Virus record (IMG/VR): IMGVR_UViG_3300032007_000001 | Strand: one strand, 5' to 3' | From: a virus | Taxonomy: Duplodnaviria; Caudoviricetes | Length of the DNA stretch: 64,000 bases | Shown: positions 39,603 to 48,860 of the stretch, piece after piece | Numbering within the stretch: position 1 is the first letter of the stretch | Layout: every line of letters begins with the position of its first letter | Made by a program: the position numbers and the translations under genes | Notes under the pieces: model-generated | What the model saw: only the letters and a program-made list of their open reading frames with translations | What the model was told of the DNA's origin: nothing | The model's database searches: none

Positions 39603-40148
39603 TTAGAGGTAGGAAAATAAATAATTGTAAATTTTTGCATATGTTTCATTAGAATAATGAATGCCATCTATAGTATCAAATCCATCATTTTTCAAAAAAT
39701 TGTTACTATTTAGAATCATGATGTTGCTTAAAACGTTTTCTTTTACATATATATTAAATGCATCTATTTCACTATTTTTTATTGAATATCCGTATGCTTT
39801 TTCTTTTAATTCTTCAACTGGATTGACTGTCATAAAAATAACTCTTTCGAATCCATTCTTAAATAAATCGTTTATAGCTTCTACGTGTTTTTGCTTGGCT
39901 AAATCATTAACTCCAAGATTATAAATGATTATAGTATCATCTCTTGATAATTGCATTATGTCACTTCTATTTTCCCAATAAAAATTATACCCTACACCAA
40001 TTTCGCAATAATAAATATTTTCATCGTCACCAAGTGCTTCTCTCATTGCAACGAATCTACTATCACCAATAAAGCAATAACTTTCGGCATTGCAATAACT
40101 TACAATTGACATTAAATACAACAAAACAAAAACAATTTTTTTAATCAT
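39603..40148 (-). CDS. Secreted SGNH/GDSL-type hydrolase
   Basis: Signal peptide, FIGDSR, LGVNDL, DGIHY blocks. Confidence 0.7.
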   Translation of the reverse strand: MIKKIVFVLLYLMSIVSYCNAESYCFIGDSRFVAMREALGDDENIYYCEIGVGYNFYWENRSDIMQLSRDDTIIIYNLGVNDLAKQKHVEAINDLFKNGFERVIFMTVNPVEELKEKAYGYSIKNSEIDAFNIYVKENVLSNIMILNSNNFLKNDGFDTIDGIHYSNETYAKIYNYLFSYL

Positions 40149-40223
40149 TATAAAGCCTCACTTATTTTTTAATTTATTGTATCAAAAACAAAAAAATGCA
40201 TTATCGTTTTTAAAAAATTAAAA

Positions 40224-40258
40224 AAACTATTTACATTTCTATTTATTTTTGATATAAT
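40224..40258 (+). promoter_or_regulatory. Early promoter
   Basis: AAACTA-TTTACA-N17-TATAAT. Confidence 0.7.
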
Positions 40259-40282
40259 GTAAAAAATAGGAGAATTATCAAT

Positions 40283-40603
40283 ATGAAATCAACAAAATTT
40301 GTAGAAAAAGATTTTACATTAAAAATTATGTATTGCTACAATAAAAATATAAAAGACGATTTTTGTATGTGGGAAGCTTATTCAAACACAGATACAAAAA
40401 GCAAAGCTGCTGGTGGAATGTCTTTATATATATTTGATGCATTCAACATTCAAAAAATAAAATTAGAAGTTAGAAGAGCGATATTGTTTTGTAATGAAAC
40501 AAACAATTTTGAAATATATTTATTGAACCAACATTTTGACAAAGTATTTGAAAATGTCAAAAATTTTTTGACGAATAAAGCTTTAGAAAGAATAGGGTTA
40601 TAA
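40283..40603 (+). CDS. Hypothetical early protein
   Basis: Has its own promoter, AGGAG RBS and terminator. Confidence 0.6.
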   Translation: MKSTKFVEKDFTLKIMYCYNKNIKDDFCMWEAYSNTDTKSKAAGGMSLYIFDAFNIQKIKLEVRRAILFCNETNNFEIYLLNQHFDKVFENVKNFLTNKALERIGL

Positions 40604-40607
40604 AAAT

Positions 40608-40639
40608 AAAAAGAGAGGAATAAATCCTCTCTTTTTTTT
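40608..40639. terminator. Bidirectional terminator
   Basis: AAAAAGAGAGGA-ATAAA-TCCTCTCTTTTT. Confidence 0.7.
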
Positions 40640-40641
40640 AT

Positions 40642-42060
40642 TTATGCTTTTTTCTTTCTTTTTGACTTTTTGAATTCTTTAATGTCTATTTCCTTATTGC
40701 CTTCGATAATACCGAATATATTCTTTTCGTACATTTCTCTTACACCGAAAACAACAATATTCTTATCTTTATATTCATTGTATAATTTGAGATATTCGTC
40801 AACAAATTCATCATCAATCAAATGTTTAATAATATCTTCATCTGTTTTGAATTTGTTTTTGTCATGTCCTAAATCAAGAATTTCTTGCAACATCTCCGGA
40901 ACAACTTCATCAGCTGAAAATTCCATGTTAATGACTTTATAGCCATTTTTAATCATTTCTTTTTGTTTTTCTACGTCTTTGCTTAATTCAACGATTTCTT
41001 TTGCTGTCTTTTCCAAATCATTCTTATCATTAACCAACATAAATGGATGTTTTAAGTTATAGTCATAATACGTTTCACCAGTTGTTCTGATAAGATGATT
41101 GTGTTTTGCCCAATCAATATCAAATACAGGAATTGCGCCGGCATTGCAATATTCCATCATTGCACATTCCCAACGGTCAGAATACTCAGATTCCTTAAGA
41201 TGGAAACCAGAAAAAGCAAACATAGAATTTGATAATTCCTTCATAGCATCGGCATGAACATATTCTTTATATACCTCTGCACAACCTTTTTCATTTGGCT
41301 GAGGACCCTTATTTGGGTCTGTCATGTCAATACAGTATGGATTATCATAAATATCATCTTTTGCTCCACGAGATTTTTCCATTCCCATTACTTTTACTTG
41401 AAAATCTGGGTCAAACTTCTTAATATATGGAGCCATATTCAAAAGTCTAGATGGGTCTTTTGTTGTTGTCCAACGACCACAGAACATAATCTTCTTGTCT
41501 GTGTGAGGATTCTCATTCCTAAATTGCTTCATTTCTTCAAAGTCAACGCAATGAGTCATGCGCAATACTCTATGTTCTGCTTTTTTACTTGGGAACATAC
41601 CCTCCATAGACCTATTAAACCAAGTATTGGGACCGTAACCATAGATAATATCCATATTATTCATAATGCCAACCAAATATGGAATCTTATCAATAAATGT
41701 TTTATGGAGTTCATACGTAAATCCAACTTTAATAGGCTTCGTTACGCCCTTAACAATCTTTTCATAAAAGTTTCTTGCATAAGAATGACTAAATTTAGCA
41801 TAAGGATAACTCCAAAACATGACAACATCTTTTTCGTTCAACTGTTTTTGAATGTCATCTAAGTCCTTTTCTTTATATCCAACATAATCAAATTTTTGAG
41901 AATTGTGACGAGACATTTTTTTGCCAACATGAGCAAAAATTTGCAAATCTATCCCATTACGTTGACACCACGTCCAAATTTCTACAGCGCATCTTGTACA
42001 TCCAACGCCATCAATAGCTCTACCAAGTACTATAGCAAATTTTGCATTCTTATAATCCAT
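40642..42060 (-). CDS. GT-B glycosyltransferase resembling T4 DNA alpha-glucosyltransferase
   Basis: GRAIDGVGCTR..E..W..RNG, GRWTTTKD, GMEKS and EYCNAGAIPVF match, in order, recalled T4 Agt motifs ARGLEGCGVTK, GRTTTWKG, GLERS and ELGACGTIPVF. Confidence 0.72.
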   Translation of the reverse strand: MDYKNAKFAIVLGRAIDGVGCTRCAVEIWTWCQRNGIDLQIFAHVGKKMSRHNSQKFDYVGYKEKDLDDIQKQLNEKDVVMFWSYPYAKFSHSYARNFYEKIVKGVTKPIKVGFTYELHKTFIDKIPYLVGIMNNMDIIYGYGPNTWFNRSMEGMFPSKKAEHRVLRMTHCVDFEEMKQFRNENPHTDKKIMFCGRWTTTKDPSRLLNMAPYIKKFDPDFQVKVMGMEKSRGAKDDIYDNPYCIDMTDPNKGPQPNEKGCAEVYKEYVHADAMKELSNSMFAFSGFHLKESEYSDRWECAMMEYCNAGAIPVFDIDWAKHNHLIRTTGETYYDYNLKHPFMLVNDKNDLEKTAKEIVELSKDVEKQKEMIKNGYKVINMEFSADEVVPEMLQEILDLGHDKNKFKTDEDIIKHLIDDEFVDEYLKLYNEYKDKNIVVFGVREMYEKNIFGIIEGNKEIDIKEFKKSKRKKKA

Positions 42061-42123
42061 AATTTTCTCCTCTCTTAAATTAAAGATTTATTTATCATAA
42101 TCATTAAAAATGATTTTGTTTTT

Positions 42124-43104
42124 TCAATACCCATTTGGATGTTTGCTATGCCAACGCCAAGCTGTTTCTATAATATGTTCTATATTTGTATATTTGGGAT
42201 TCCATTTCAAAATATTTTTTGCTTTTTCATTAGAAGCAACCAACTCTGGCGGGTCTCCAGGACGGCGTTCTGACATTTTTATTTTTATTTCTTTGCATGT
42301 TACTTTTTGAGCAGCTAAAATAATTTCTTTTACAGAAAAACCATTCCCATTTCCAAGATTGAAAACGTTACTTTCATTTCCGTTTCTTAAATAATCCAAT
42401 GCCAAAATATGTGCATCAGCTAAATCCATGACATGAATATAATCTCTTATACAAGTTCCATCTTTTGTATTATAGTCATTTCCAAAAATATTTACATATT
42501 TCCTTTGACCGAGAGGAACTTGCAATACCAACGGAATCAAGTGCGTTTCATATTTATGGTCTTCACCAATGGACCCATCTTCAATTGCTCCAGCAGCATT
42601 AAAATATCTAAGCGAAACGTATTTGATATGATGTATTTCATCTACCCATCTCATCATTTTTTCCATTATAAGTTTTGATTCGCCATAAGGATTTATTGGA
42701 TTCGTTTCGTTTTTTTCAAAAATTGGAAGTGTTTTTGGTTCTCCGTATGTTGCACATGTTGAAGAAAATACTATTTTATCTGTTCCATGTTTTACCATTG
42801 CTTCCAACAAAACCTGCATTCCATATACATTGTTATTGAAATACTTCAACGGGTTTTTCATGCTTTCAACAACCAATGCGTCAGCAGCAAAATGTACAAC
42901 AGAATTTATCTTATTTTCAGTAAAAACCTTATCAAGAATTTCTTTATTACGAATATCTCCTTGATAGAATTTTACATTTTTAATTGCTTCTGTATGTCCA
43001 GTAGATAAATTGTCTATTACAATTACATCTGTATCTCTTTCCAATAATTGATGTACTGTATGAGAGCCAATATATCCCGCTCCTCCGCAAACCAAAACAG
43101 ACAT
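42124..43104 (-). CDS. galE: UDP-sugar 4-epimerase (GalE/Uxe family)
   Basis: GGAGYIGSH, YGESK, RYFNAAGA, HLIP, RDYIHV. Confidence 0.88.
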   Translation of the reverse strand: MSVLVCGGAGYIGSHTVHQLLERDTDVIVIDNLSTGHTEAIKNVKFYQGDIRNKEILDKVFTENKINSVVHFAADALVVESMKNPLKYFNNNVYGMQVLLEAMVKHGTDKIVFSSTCATYGEPKTLPIFEKNETNPINPYGESKLIMEKMMRWVDEIHHIKYVSLRYFNAAGAIEDGSIGEDHKYETHLIPLVLQVPLGQRKYVNIFGNDYNTKDGTCIRDYIHVMDLADAHILALDYLRNGNESNVFNLGNGNGFSVKEIILAAQKVTCKEIKIKMSERRPGDPPELVASNEKAKNILKWNPKYTNIEHIIETAWRWHSKHPNGY

Positions 43105-43105
43105 A

Positions 43106-44053
43106 TTACTTACCAACTTTCTTAGCAAAATATTCTATCGTTTTTATAAGACCATCATGAGAAGAAATTTTTGGTTCCCAATTCAATTTCTTTTTAGCTA
43201 AAGAAATATCTGGACAACGTTGCATTGGGTCATCCTTTGGAGATTCACAATAAACGATTTCAGATTTTGAATTTGTAAGTTCTTTAATCCACTCTGCAAG
43301 TTCTTTTACTTCATATTCTTCTTGATTACCAATATTGACTGGACCAATAAATCCATCTTCTGAATTCATCATTCTTACTATGGCTTCAATCAAATCATCT
43401 ACATAACAAATACTTCTTGTTTGATGTCCATCGCCATAAATTGTTATTGGTTTTCCAGTCAAACATTGTGTAATAAAATTTGAAATTACTCTGCCATCAT
43501 TAACATCCATATATGGACCGTATGTATTGAAAATACGAACAATTTTTACATTTGTGCCATACATTCTATTATAATTGAATATTAATGATTCTCCAACTCT
43601 TTTGCCTTCATCATAACAAGAACGTAAGCCATTGCAATTGACATTTCCCCAATAACTTTCTGGTTGTATTTTAATTCTTGGGTCTGGGTCTCCATATACT
43701 TCACTTGTACTTGTTTGTAAAAATTTAGCATTATATTTTTTTGCTAAATCAAGCATATTCATTACACCAAGAAAACATGTTTTCAAAGTAAAAACATGGT
43801 CTTTTTGATAATGAGGCGGGCTTGCCGGACATGCTAAATTATAAATTTCATCAACTTCAATATCAATAGGTTCTATGATATCATGTTGAATAAATTCAAA
43901 ACGATTATTATTCAATAAATCTTTTATATTTTCTTTTGTTCCTGTATATAGATTATCTAAACATATGATGTAATCGTCTGTTTCTCTTAATAATTTTCTG
44001 CAAAGATTTGTACCAAGAAATCCAGCACCGCCAGTTACAAGAATTCTTTTCAT
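43106..44053 (-). CDS. uxs: UDP-glucuronate decarboxylase (UDP-xylose synthase)
   Basis: GGAGFLG, LACPASPPHYQ, TSEVYGDP, RSCYDEGKR, RIFNTYGP, DGRVISNF. Confidence 0.88.
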   Translation of the reverse strand: MKRILVTGGAGFLGTNLCRKLLRETDDYIICLDNLYTGTKENIKDLLNNNRFEFIQHDIIEPIDIEVDEIYNLACPASPPHYQKDHVFTLKTCFLGVMNMLDLAKKYNAKFLQTSTSEVYGDPDPRIKIQPESYWGNVNCNGLRSCYDEGKRVGESLIFNYNRMYGTNVKIVRIFNTYGPYMDVNDGRVISNFITQCLTGKPITIYGDGHQTRSICYVDDLIEAIVRMMNSEDGFIGPVNIGNQEEYEVKELAEWIKELTNSKSEIVYCESPKDDPMQRCPDISLAKKKLNWEPKISSHDGLIKTIEYFAKKVGK

Positions 44054-44055
44054 GA

Positions 44056-45345
44056 TTAAGCTCCAATCTGATAGTATGTAAATCCGTTTTCTTGCATTTC
44101 TTTTTTATTATAAAGATTTCTTCCATCAAAAATAATTGGATTATTTAATAAATGTTTCATTTTCTCTTTATCTGATTTGATAAAATCGTTCCATTCTGTA
44201 AGAATGATTAAAGCATCACAACATTGTAACGCGCTATACATATCGTATGTATAAATTACGTTATCCAAATAAAAGTCAGCTGTTTTCATTGCCTGCGGGT
44301 CATAAGCAAAAATTTCTGCACCACGTTTTTGAAGTTCGTTTATAACGACAATAGACGGAGCTTCTCGCATATCATCTGTTTCTGGCTTAAATGCCAATCC
44401 CCAAACAGCAAAACGAATACCTTTCAAATCATTACCAAAATGTTTCAATACTTTCTTTACAATCAACATTTTTTGATCTTTATTTACCTCTTCAACAGCT
44501 TTTAAGATTCTTGAATTATATTTAATGTCTTTACTTGTTTTAATTAATGCTTGTACATCTTTAGGGAAGCAACTTCCACCATATCCGCAACCAGGATTTA
44601 TAAATTTGAATCCAATCCTCGAATCCATTCCCATTCCTTTACGAACATAATTTATATCTGCACCAACTCGTTCACAAATATTAGAAATTTCGTTAATAAA
44701 CGAAATCTTGGTTGCCAACATTGCGTTTGATGCATATTTTGTAAGTTCTGCACTTCTAATATCCATCAATACGAATTTTTCGTCCGGTACAAAATCATAT
44801 AATTTTCTCATAAGTTCAGATGAACTATCACATCCAACCACAACTCTATCTGGATTTAAGAAATCATCAATTGCAGAACCTTCTTTTAAGAATTCCGGAT
44901 TTGAAACAACATGAAAAGGAATTTCAACGTTTCTAGCAAAAAGTTCTCTTTTTATAATGCTCTTTACTTTATCAGCCGTTCCAACTGGAACGGTTGATTT
45001 ATCTACTACAGTAATTTCTTTTTCAATATTTTGTCCTATTTCTTTTGCAACGCCAAGAACATATTGCAAATCCGCACTTCCATCTTCGCCCATCGGAGTG
45101 CCAACAGCAATAAATGCAATATCACAATTTTTGATTTCTTTTATATTGGTTGAAAAAGAAATATGTTCTTTATTTTGTTCAATTAATTCTTTTAATCCTG
45201 GTTCATAAATTGGAATCTCACCATTTTGCAATTTCTTAATTTTTTCTTCTACAACGTCTATACATATAACGTTATTTCCTTTTGAAGCAAAACATACACC
45301 AGTAACAAGACCAACATATCCAGTTCCAATAATAGCTATTTTCAT
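44056..45345 (-). CDS. ugd: UDP-glucose 6-dehydrogenase
   Basis: GTGYVG, KSTVPVGT, NPEFLKEG, GYGGSCFPKD, FKPETDDMRE; start at MKIAII. Confidence 0.92.
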   Translation of the reverse strand: MKIAIIGTGYVGLVTGVCFASKGNNVICIDVVEEKIKKLQNGEIPIYEPGLKELIEQNKEHISFSTNIKEIKNCDIAFIAVGTPMGEDGSADLQYVLGVAKEIGQNIEKEITVVDKSTVPVGTADKVKSIIKRELFARNVEIPFHVVSNPEFLKEGSAIDDFLNPDRVVVGCDSSSELMRKLYDFVPDEKFVLMDIRSAELTKYASNAMLATKISFINEISNICERVGADINYVRKGMGMDSRIGFKFINPGCGYGGSCFPKDVQALIKTSKDIKYNSRILKAVEEVNKDQKMLIVKKVLKHFGNDLKGIRFAVWGLAFKPETDDMREAPSIVVINELQKRGAEIFAYDPQAMKTADFYLDNVIYTYDMYSALQCCDALIILTEWNDFIKSDKEKMKHLLNNPIIFDGRNLYNKKEMQENGFTYYQIGA

Positions 45346-45541
45346 TAAATCATCTCTCCAATTTTTGTTTGTATAGCTTTTCTCAATTATTCTATTTGTT
45401 TTGAAACACAATCTGATTTTTGTTTTTTGATTTTCATTAAAAGAATAAATAAATTTTTGTAAAATATCGCTATTCATATAAAATTTCTTGTATTAATTTT
45501 TCTATTTTTTTATAGAGCATATAAACTGGCGGTGTATAAAT

Positions 45542-45817
45542 TTGAAGAGATTAATTAAAGCAAACAATCAAAATAGTTTTGATGAAAACATTGACGAAAT
45601 GTCATCAAAATTATATAAACTAAAAGAAACGTACGAAGATATATCGTACGTACATGAAAGATATAAACAATATATAAAAAGTGAAATGAATAACAAAGAA
45701 GAACAATTAATTACATTAAGAAACAATATGAAACAAATGCTAAAAAGTAATGAAAAATATATTTCCGAATATGAAAATATCATTAAAAATTTTATAAATG
45801 ACTTGGAGGAAAAATAA
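45542..45817 (+). CDS. Small protein with MKRLIKA leader
   Basis: Leader family, helical body. Confidence 0.6.
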   Translation: MKRLIKANNQNSFDENIDEMSSKLYKLKETYEDISYVHERYKQYIKSEMNNKEEQLITLRNNMKQMLKSNEKYISEYENIIKNFINDLEEK

Positions 45818-46125
45818 TGAAACGTTTAATTAAAGCTGAATCAATGAATGATGTTAAAGTTAACGAACTTAAACAATCCGTTATACAAATAATTAATAAT
45901 TCTACATTTGATGACTTACAAGAACTTGCTAATACATTACATGAAATTTATCATGAATTTTTAGTTGATAATATGGATGATATGATAGAAGAAGAAAAAC
46001 AAGAACTTAACAAATGGATGATAAAAAAATTAAATGAATCTGCAAAAAAATTAGTATCTGCAGCTGAAAAACTTAGAGATAGCGCAAATAGTTTAGTTGA
46101 TGTTGAATTAAAGAAATCATATTAA
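45817..46125 (+). CDS. Small protein with MKRLIKA leader
   Basis: Leader family; TAATG coupling to upstream gene. Confidence 0.65.
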   Translation: MKRLIKAESMNDVKVNELKQSVIQIINNSTFDDLQELANTLHEIYHEFLVDNMDDMIEEEKQELNKWMIKKLNESAKKLVSAAEKLRDSANSLVDVELKKSY

Positions 46126-46135
46126 GAGGTTAATT

Positions 46136-46456
46136 ATGAAACACTTAAAAAAACAAGCTGGTATTGATTGGATAGACACAACAGAAATGGATAGATGTCT
46201 TGAAAAATTAGAAAGAATTTTAGATAAAGACGAAACATTCAAAAGTTCGTTTAAGGAATCCAATGACAAATTAATAAAAGAAATGTTTGCTATTGAAGAC
46301 AATTATGATAAAATCAAAGAACAAAAAGATAATTTCGATAAAGTCATTCATAATTTCAAAAAATATCTATCTCAATTAAGAACTGCCATTGAAGATTATG
46401 AAGAATCAATAGAAAACATTTTTGAAGATGCTAGAAAACATGGTGAGAATGTATGA
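46136..46456 (+). CDS. Small protein with MKHLKKQA leader
   Basis: Leader family. Confidence 0.65.
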   Translation: MKHLKKQAGIDWIDTTEMDRCLEKLERILDKDETFKSSFKESNDKLIKEMFAIEDNYDKIKEQKDNFDKVIHNFKKYLSQLRTAIEDYEESIENIFEDARKHGENV

Positions 46457-46686
46457 AACATTTAATAAAAAAAGCAGAAGAACAATTTACAGTAACGAAA
46501 GAACAATTGGAAACATTAGATAAATTAGCCGATTGTTTAGAAAAATTGGTAGAATATTGTGAAGATGAAAAAACCGGTGATTGGTTCAATAATGAAATAT
46601 TAGCTGGAAAACTTGGACGATGTTGGGGAATGTCAATAGATGAAATGGCTGCTGAGATAAAAGGTTTTATTGACGAAAACAAATAA
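46453..46686 (+). CDS. Small protein with MKHLIKKA leader, GDWF subfamily
   Basis: C....GDWF..E.L motif shared with 48405 and 48857. Confidence 0.65.
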   Translation: MKHLIKKAEEQFTVTKEQLETLDKLADCLEKLVEYCEDEKTGDWFNNEILAGKLGRCWGMSIDEMAAEIKGFIDENK

Positions 46687-46691
46687 GAGGT

Positions 46692-47510
46692 ATGAAAATG
46701 AATTTAATTAAGAATAGACTTATAAAAATGGCTGGCGACAAACCATTTAGTGTTAAGTACAAAGACCATAGACCTGAAAATGAAAATGTTAGAGAAGAAG
46801 CATTAATTAAATATGACGTTTTATTCAATGTTAATGCAAAATTGGCCGGTGGAGCAACAGCTGATTTCTCACTTCCAGAAATGAAAGATACAGCCATTCA
46901 ATTGAGAAACGTTATGTGTGCTCAAATTAATGAAATGAATGGAGTGTCTTTCCAAGATAATATCGTAGATACTGTAACTGGAGTTATTGTACAAAACATT
47001 TCTGATAATTACTTAAAAATGTTAGAAGGATATGAAGGTAAAAAAACAACTTCTATATTTAAGCGCACAACAGCTAAATTATCTGGTGTAAGAGATGATT
47101 CTATTTTTAATAACCAATTCAAAGTTCATTTTGAAATAGAATTAGCTACTGGTAACATCACAAAAGATATTGCAGAAAATATCAAAAAAGCATATGAAAC
47201 AAGTAAAAATCATTGTTCACAACAAATTTGCAAGAGACTAAGTGATTTATATAGATGGGAAAAGACAAATAGCAGAGGACTTGAAGAAGTAGAAAGCGTC
47301 AGTATTAAATATCAATCTTTCTTAAATTACGATTTCAAGGAATCTATAGAAGAAAAACCTAAAGAAATGTCAGAAGATGAAAAATTTGAAGAAGTTGATA
47401 GACTTATTAAAAATTATTCAATAATGACAAATGCACCATGTCCAAAAACAGTTAAAAAAGAAATATGTTTAGAACATGGTGTTGACCCAGTATGGTTTAA
47501 TGCAGCATAA
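46692..47510 (+). CDS. Hypothetical protein with RLIKMA leader variant
   Basis: MKMNLIKNRLIKMA. Confidence 0.6.
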   Translation: MKMNLIKNRLIKMAGDKPFSVKYKDHRPENENVREEALIKYDVLFNVNAKLAGGATADFSLPEMKDTAIQLRNVMCAQINEMNGVSFQDNIVDTVTGVIVQNISDNYLKMLEGYEGKKTTSIFKRTTAKLSGVRDDSIFNNQFKVHFEIELATGNITKDIAENIKKAYETSKNHCSQQICKRLSDLYRWEKTNSRGLEEVESVSIKYQSFLNYDFKESIEEKPKEMSEDEKFEEVDRLIKNYSIMTNAPCPKTVKKEICLEHGVDPVWFNAA

Positions 47511-47541
47511 CAAAAGGAGAGTTTTTACTCTCCTTTTGTTA
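47508..47541. terminator. Bidirectional terminator joining two convergent leader-protein operons
   Basis: TAACAAAAGGAGAG-TTTTTA-CTCTCCTTTTGTTA. Confidence 0.75.
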
Positions 47542-47550
47542 TTAGATGTT

Positions 47551-48147
47551 TTATTTTTTATTATATAAATCATATTTGATTACATCTAATGAATTATAAA
47601 TTTCGTGAACTGCTTTAATCATTTCCATACGTCTATCGCGACGTTCTGGTGTATCTTGTGGAAGCATTTTTAAGCTTTTCTCAAATTCTTCTGTTTTACT
47701 ATCTAATTCATTAAAAATTTGCATTACTTTCAATAAAGTATCGTCGTTGTTTGCTTTTTTAACAATTTTTTTTCTTTTCTTTATTCTTGCTGTTTGATAA
47801 TTATAATTATCACCAAGATTTTCTGTATAGGCCTGTTCCAATTTATTGATTAATGTTTCACCAAAATGAGATAATGTATATAAAACAACGTCATCTTTTG
47901 TCATTTTATTTGTTTTAGCTATATTATCAACTGTCTGTTCTTCATATAATTCTTCATATGCAACGTTATATGCTTCTGAATTAATTTCTTCAGCTGAATT
48001 ATCAAATGGATTCATTTCTTTTACAAGAGAAGATACCTTGTTATAAAGAGATTCAATACAATTCTTTAAGATTGCCGATATATCATCTCTAAATTTTAAA
48101 AAATTTGCTTTTTTAATTTTTATTTTTCTTTTTCCTAATCTTTTCAT
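47551..48147 (-). CDS. Protein with basic leader and a second internal KKIVKKA motif
   Basis: MKRLGKRKIKIKKA ... RIKKRKKIVKKA; ATG after GAGGT RBS. Confidence 0.6.
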   Translation of the reverse strand: MKRLGKRKIKIKKANFLKFRDDISAILKNCIESLYNKVSSLVKEMNPFDNSAEEINSEAYNVAYEELYEEQTVDNIAKTNKMTKDDVVLYTLSHFGETLINKLEQAYTENLGDNYNYQTARIKKRKKIVKKANNDDTLLKVMQIFNELDSKTEEFEKSLKMLPQDTPERRDRRMEMIKAVHEIYNSLDVIKYDLYNKK

Positions 48148-48160
48148 TGATTTTACCTCA

Positions 48161-48388
48161 TTATGAATCTGCTTTTTTATCAATTTCTTCTAACAAAGAA
48201 TTTTTGATTTTTGTTATTTCATCTAACATATCATCAAGTTTTTTGCAAATAGATTCTCTATCTTCTGAATCAGAATATGCAATCGCTCTAAATTCTCCAA
48301 GAGCACCAGCTATATTTACGTATTCTTTTCTTATTATAGATTTATTTCTATTTGGATTCCAAACAGCTTCTTTTTGTAATCTCTTCAT
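48161..48388 (-). CDS. Small protein with MKRLQKEA leader
   Basis: Leader family; start after GGTG RBS. Confidence 0.6.
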   Translation of the reverse strand: MKRLQKEAVWNPNRNKSIIRKEYVNIAGALGEFRAIAYSDSEDRESICKKLDDMLDEITKIKNSLLEEIDKKADS

Positions 48389-48404
48389 TATAATCACCAT
48401 AAAT

Positions 48405-48650
48405 TTATTCAATTAAATCGTTAATTTGAACAACCATAAGGTCCAAATCTCTTGAAATATCAAGTTGTTTTTCTAAAATTTCATGTTTGAACCAATCGCC
48501 CCAAATCAAATCATCGCATTCTTGTGATACCTTGTCCAAAGCTTTACAAAGACTTTCCAATGCTTTTACTTGACTACTTGACATTCCGTATAATTGGTCT
48601 TTGTTAGGAACAAATTCACCTGGTGTATCAGCAACTTTCAATCGTTTCAT
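48405..48650 (-). CDS. Small protein with MKRLKVA leader, GDWF subfamily
   Basis: ECDDLIWGDWFKHEIL. Confidence 0.6.
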   Translation of the reverse strand: MKRLKVADTPGEFVPNKDQLYGMSSSQVKALESLCKALDKVSQECDDLIWGDWFKHEILEKQLDISRDLDLMVVQINDLIE

Positions 48651-48656
48651 ATCAAA

Positions 48657-48860
48657 TTATGCCTCCAATATATTTTTGGACACTTCTTTTAACGATTTTT
48701 TAATTTCATTAATTTTATCCATATTTTCTTTATCTTCAACAAATTGAGAAATTTGATTAATTGCGTCAATTGCTTTATTATATGATTCTTTTGTAATTCT
48801 TTCTATATCGTCTTGAGTAAAAAAATCTTTTAACCCAGCTTTTTTATTTAAGTGTTTCAT
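48657..48860 (-). CDS. Small protein with MKHLNKKA leader
   Basis: Leader family; GGAGG RBS. Confidence 0.6.
   Translation of the reverse strand: MKHLNKKAGLKDFFTQDDIERITKESYNKAIDAINQISQFVEDKENMDKINEIKKSLKEVSKNILEA

Noticed and set aside
42124-45345. Host capsule/LPS locus, implying a bacterial chromosome
   Set aside because: No flippase, polymerase or export genes; flanked by phage genes and coupled to an AGT-like transferase
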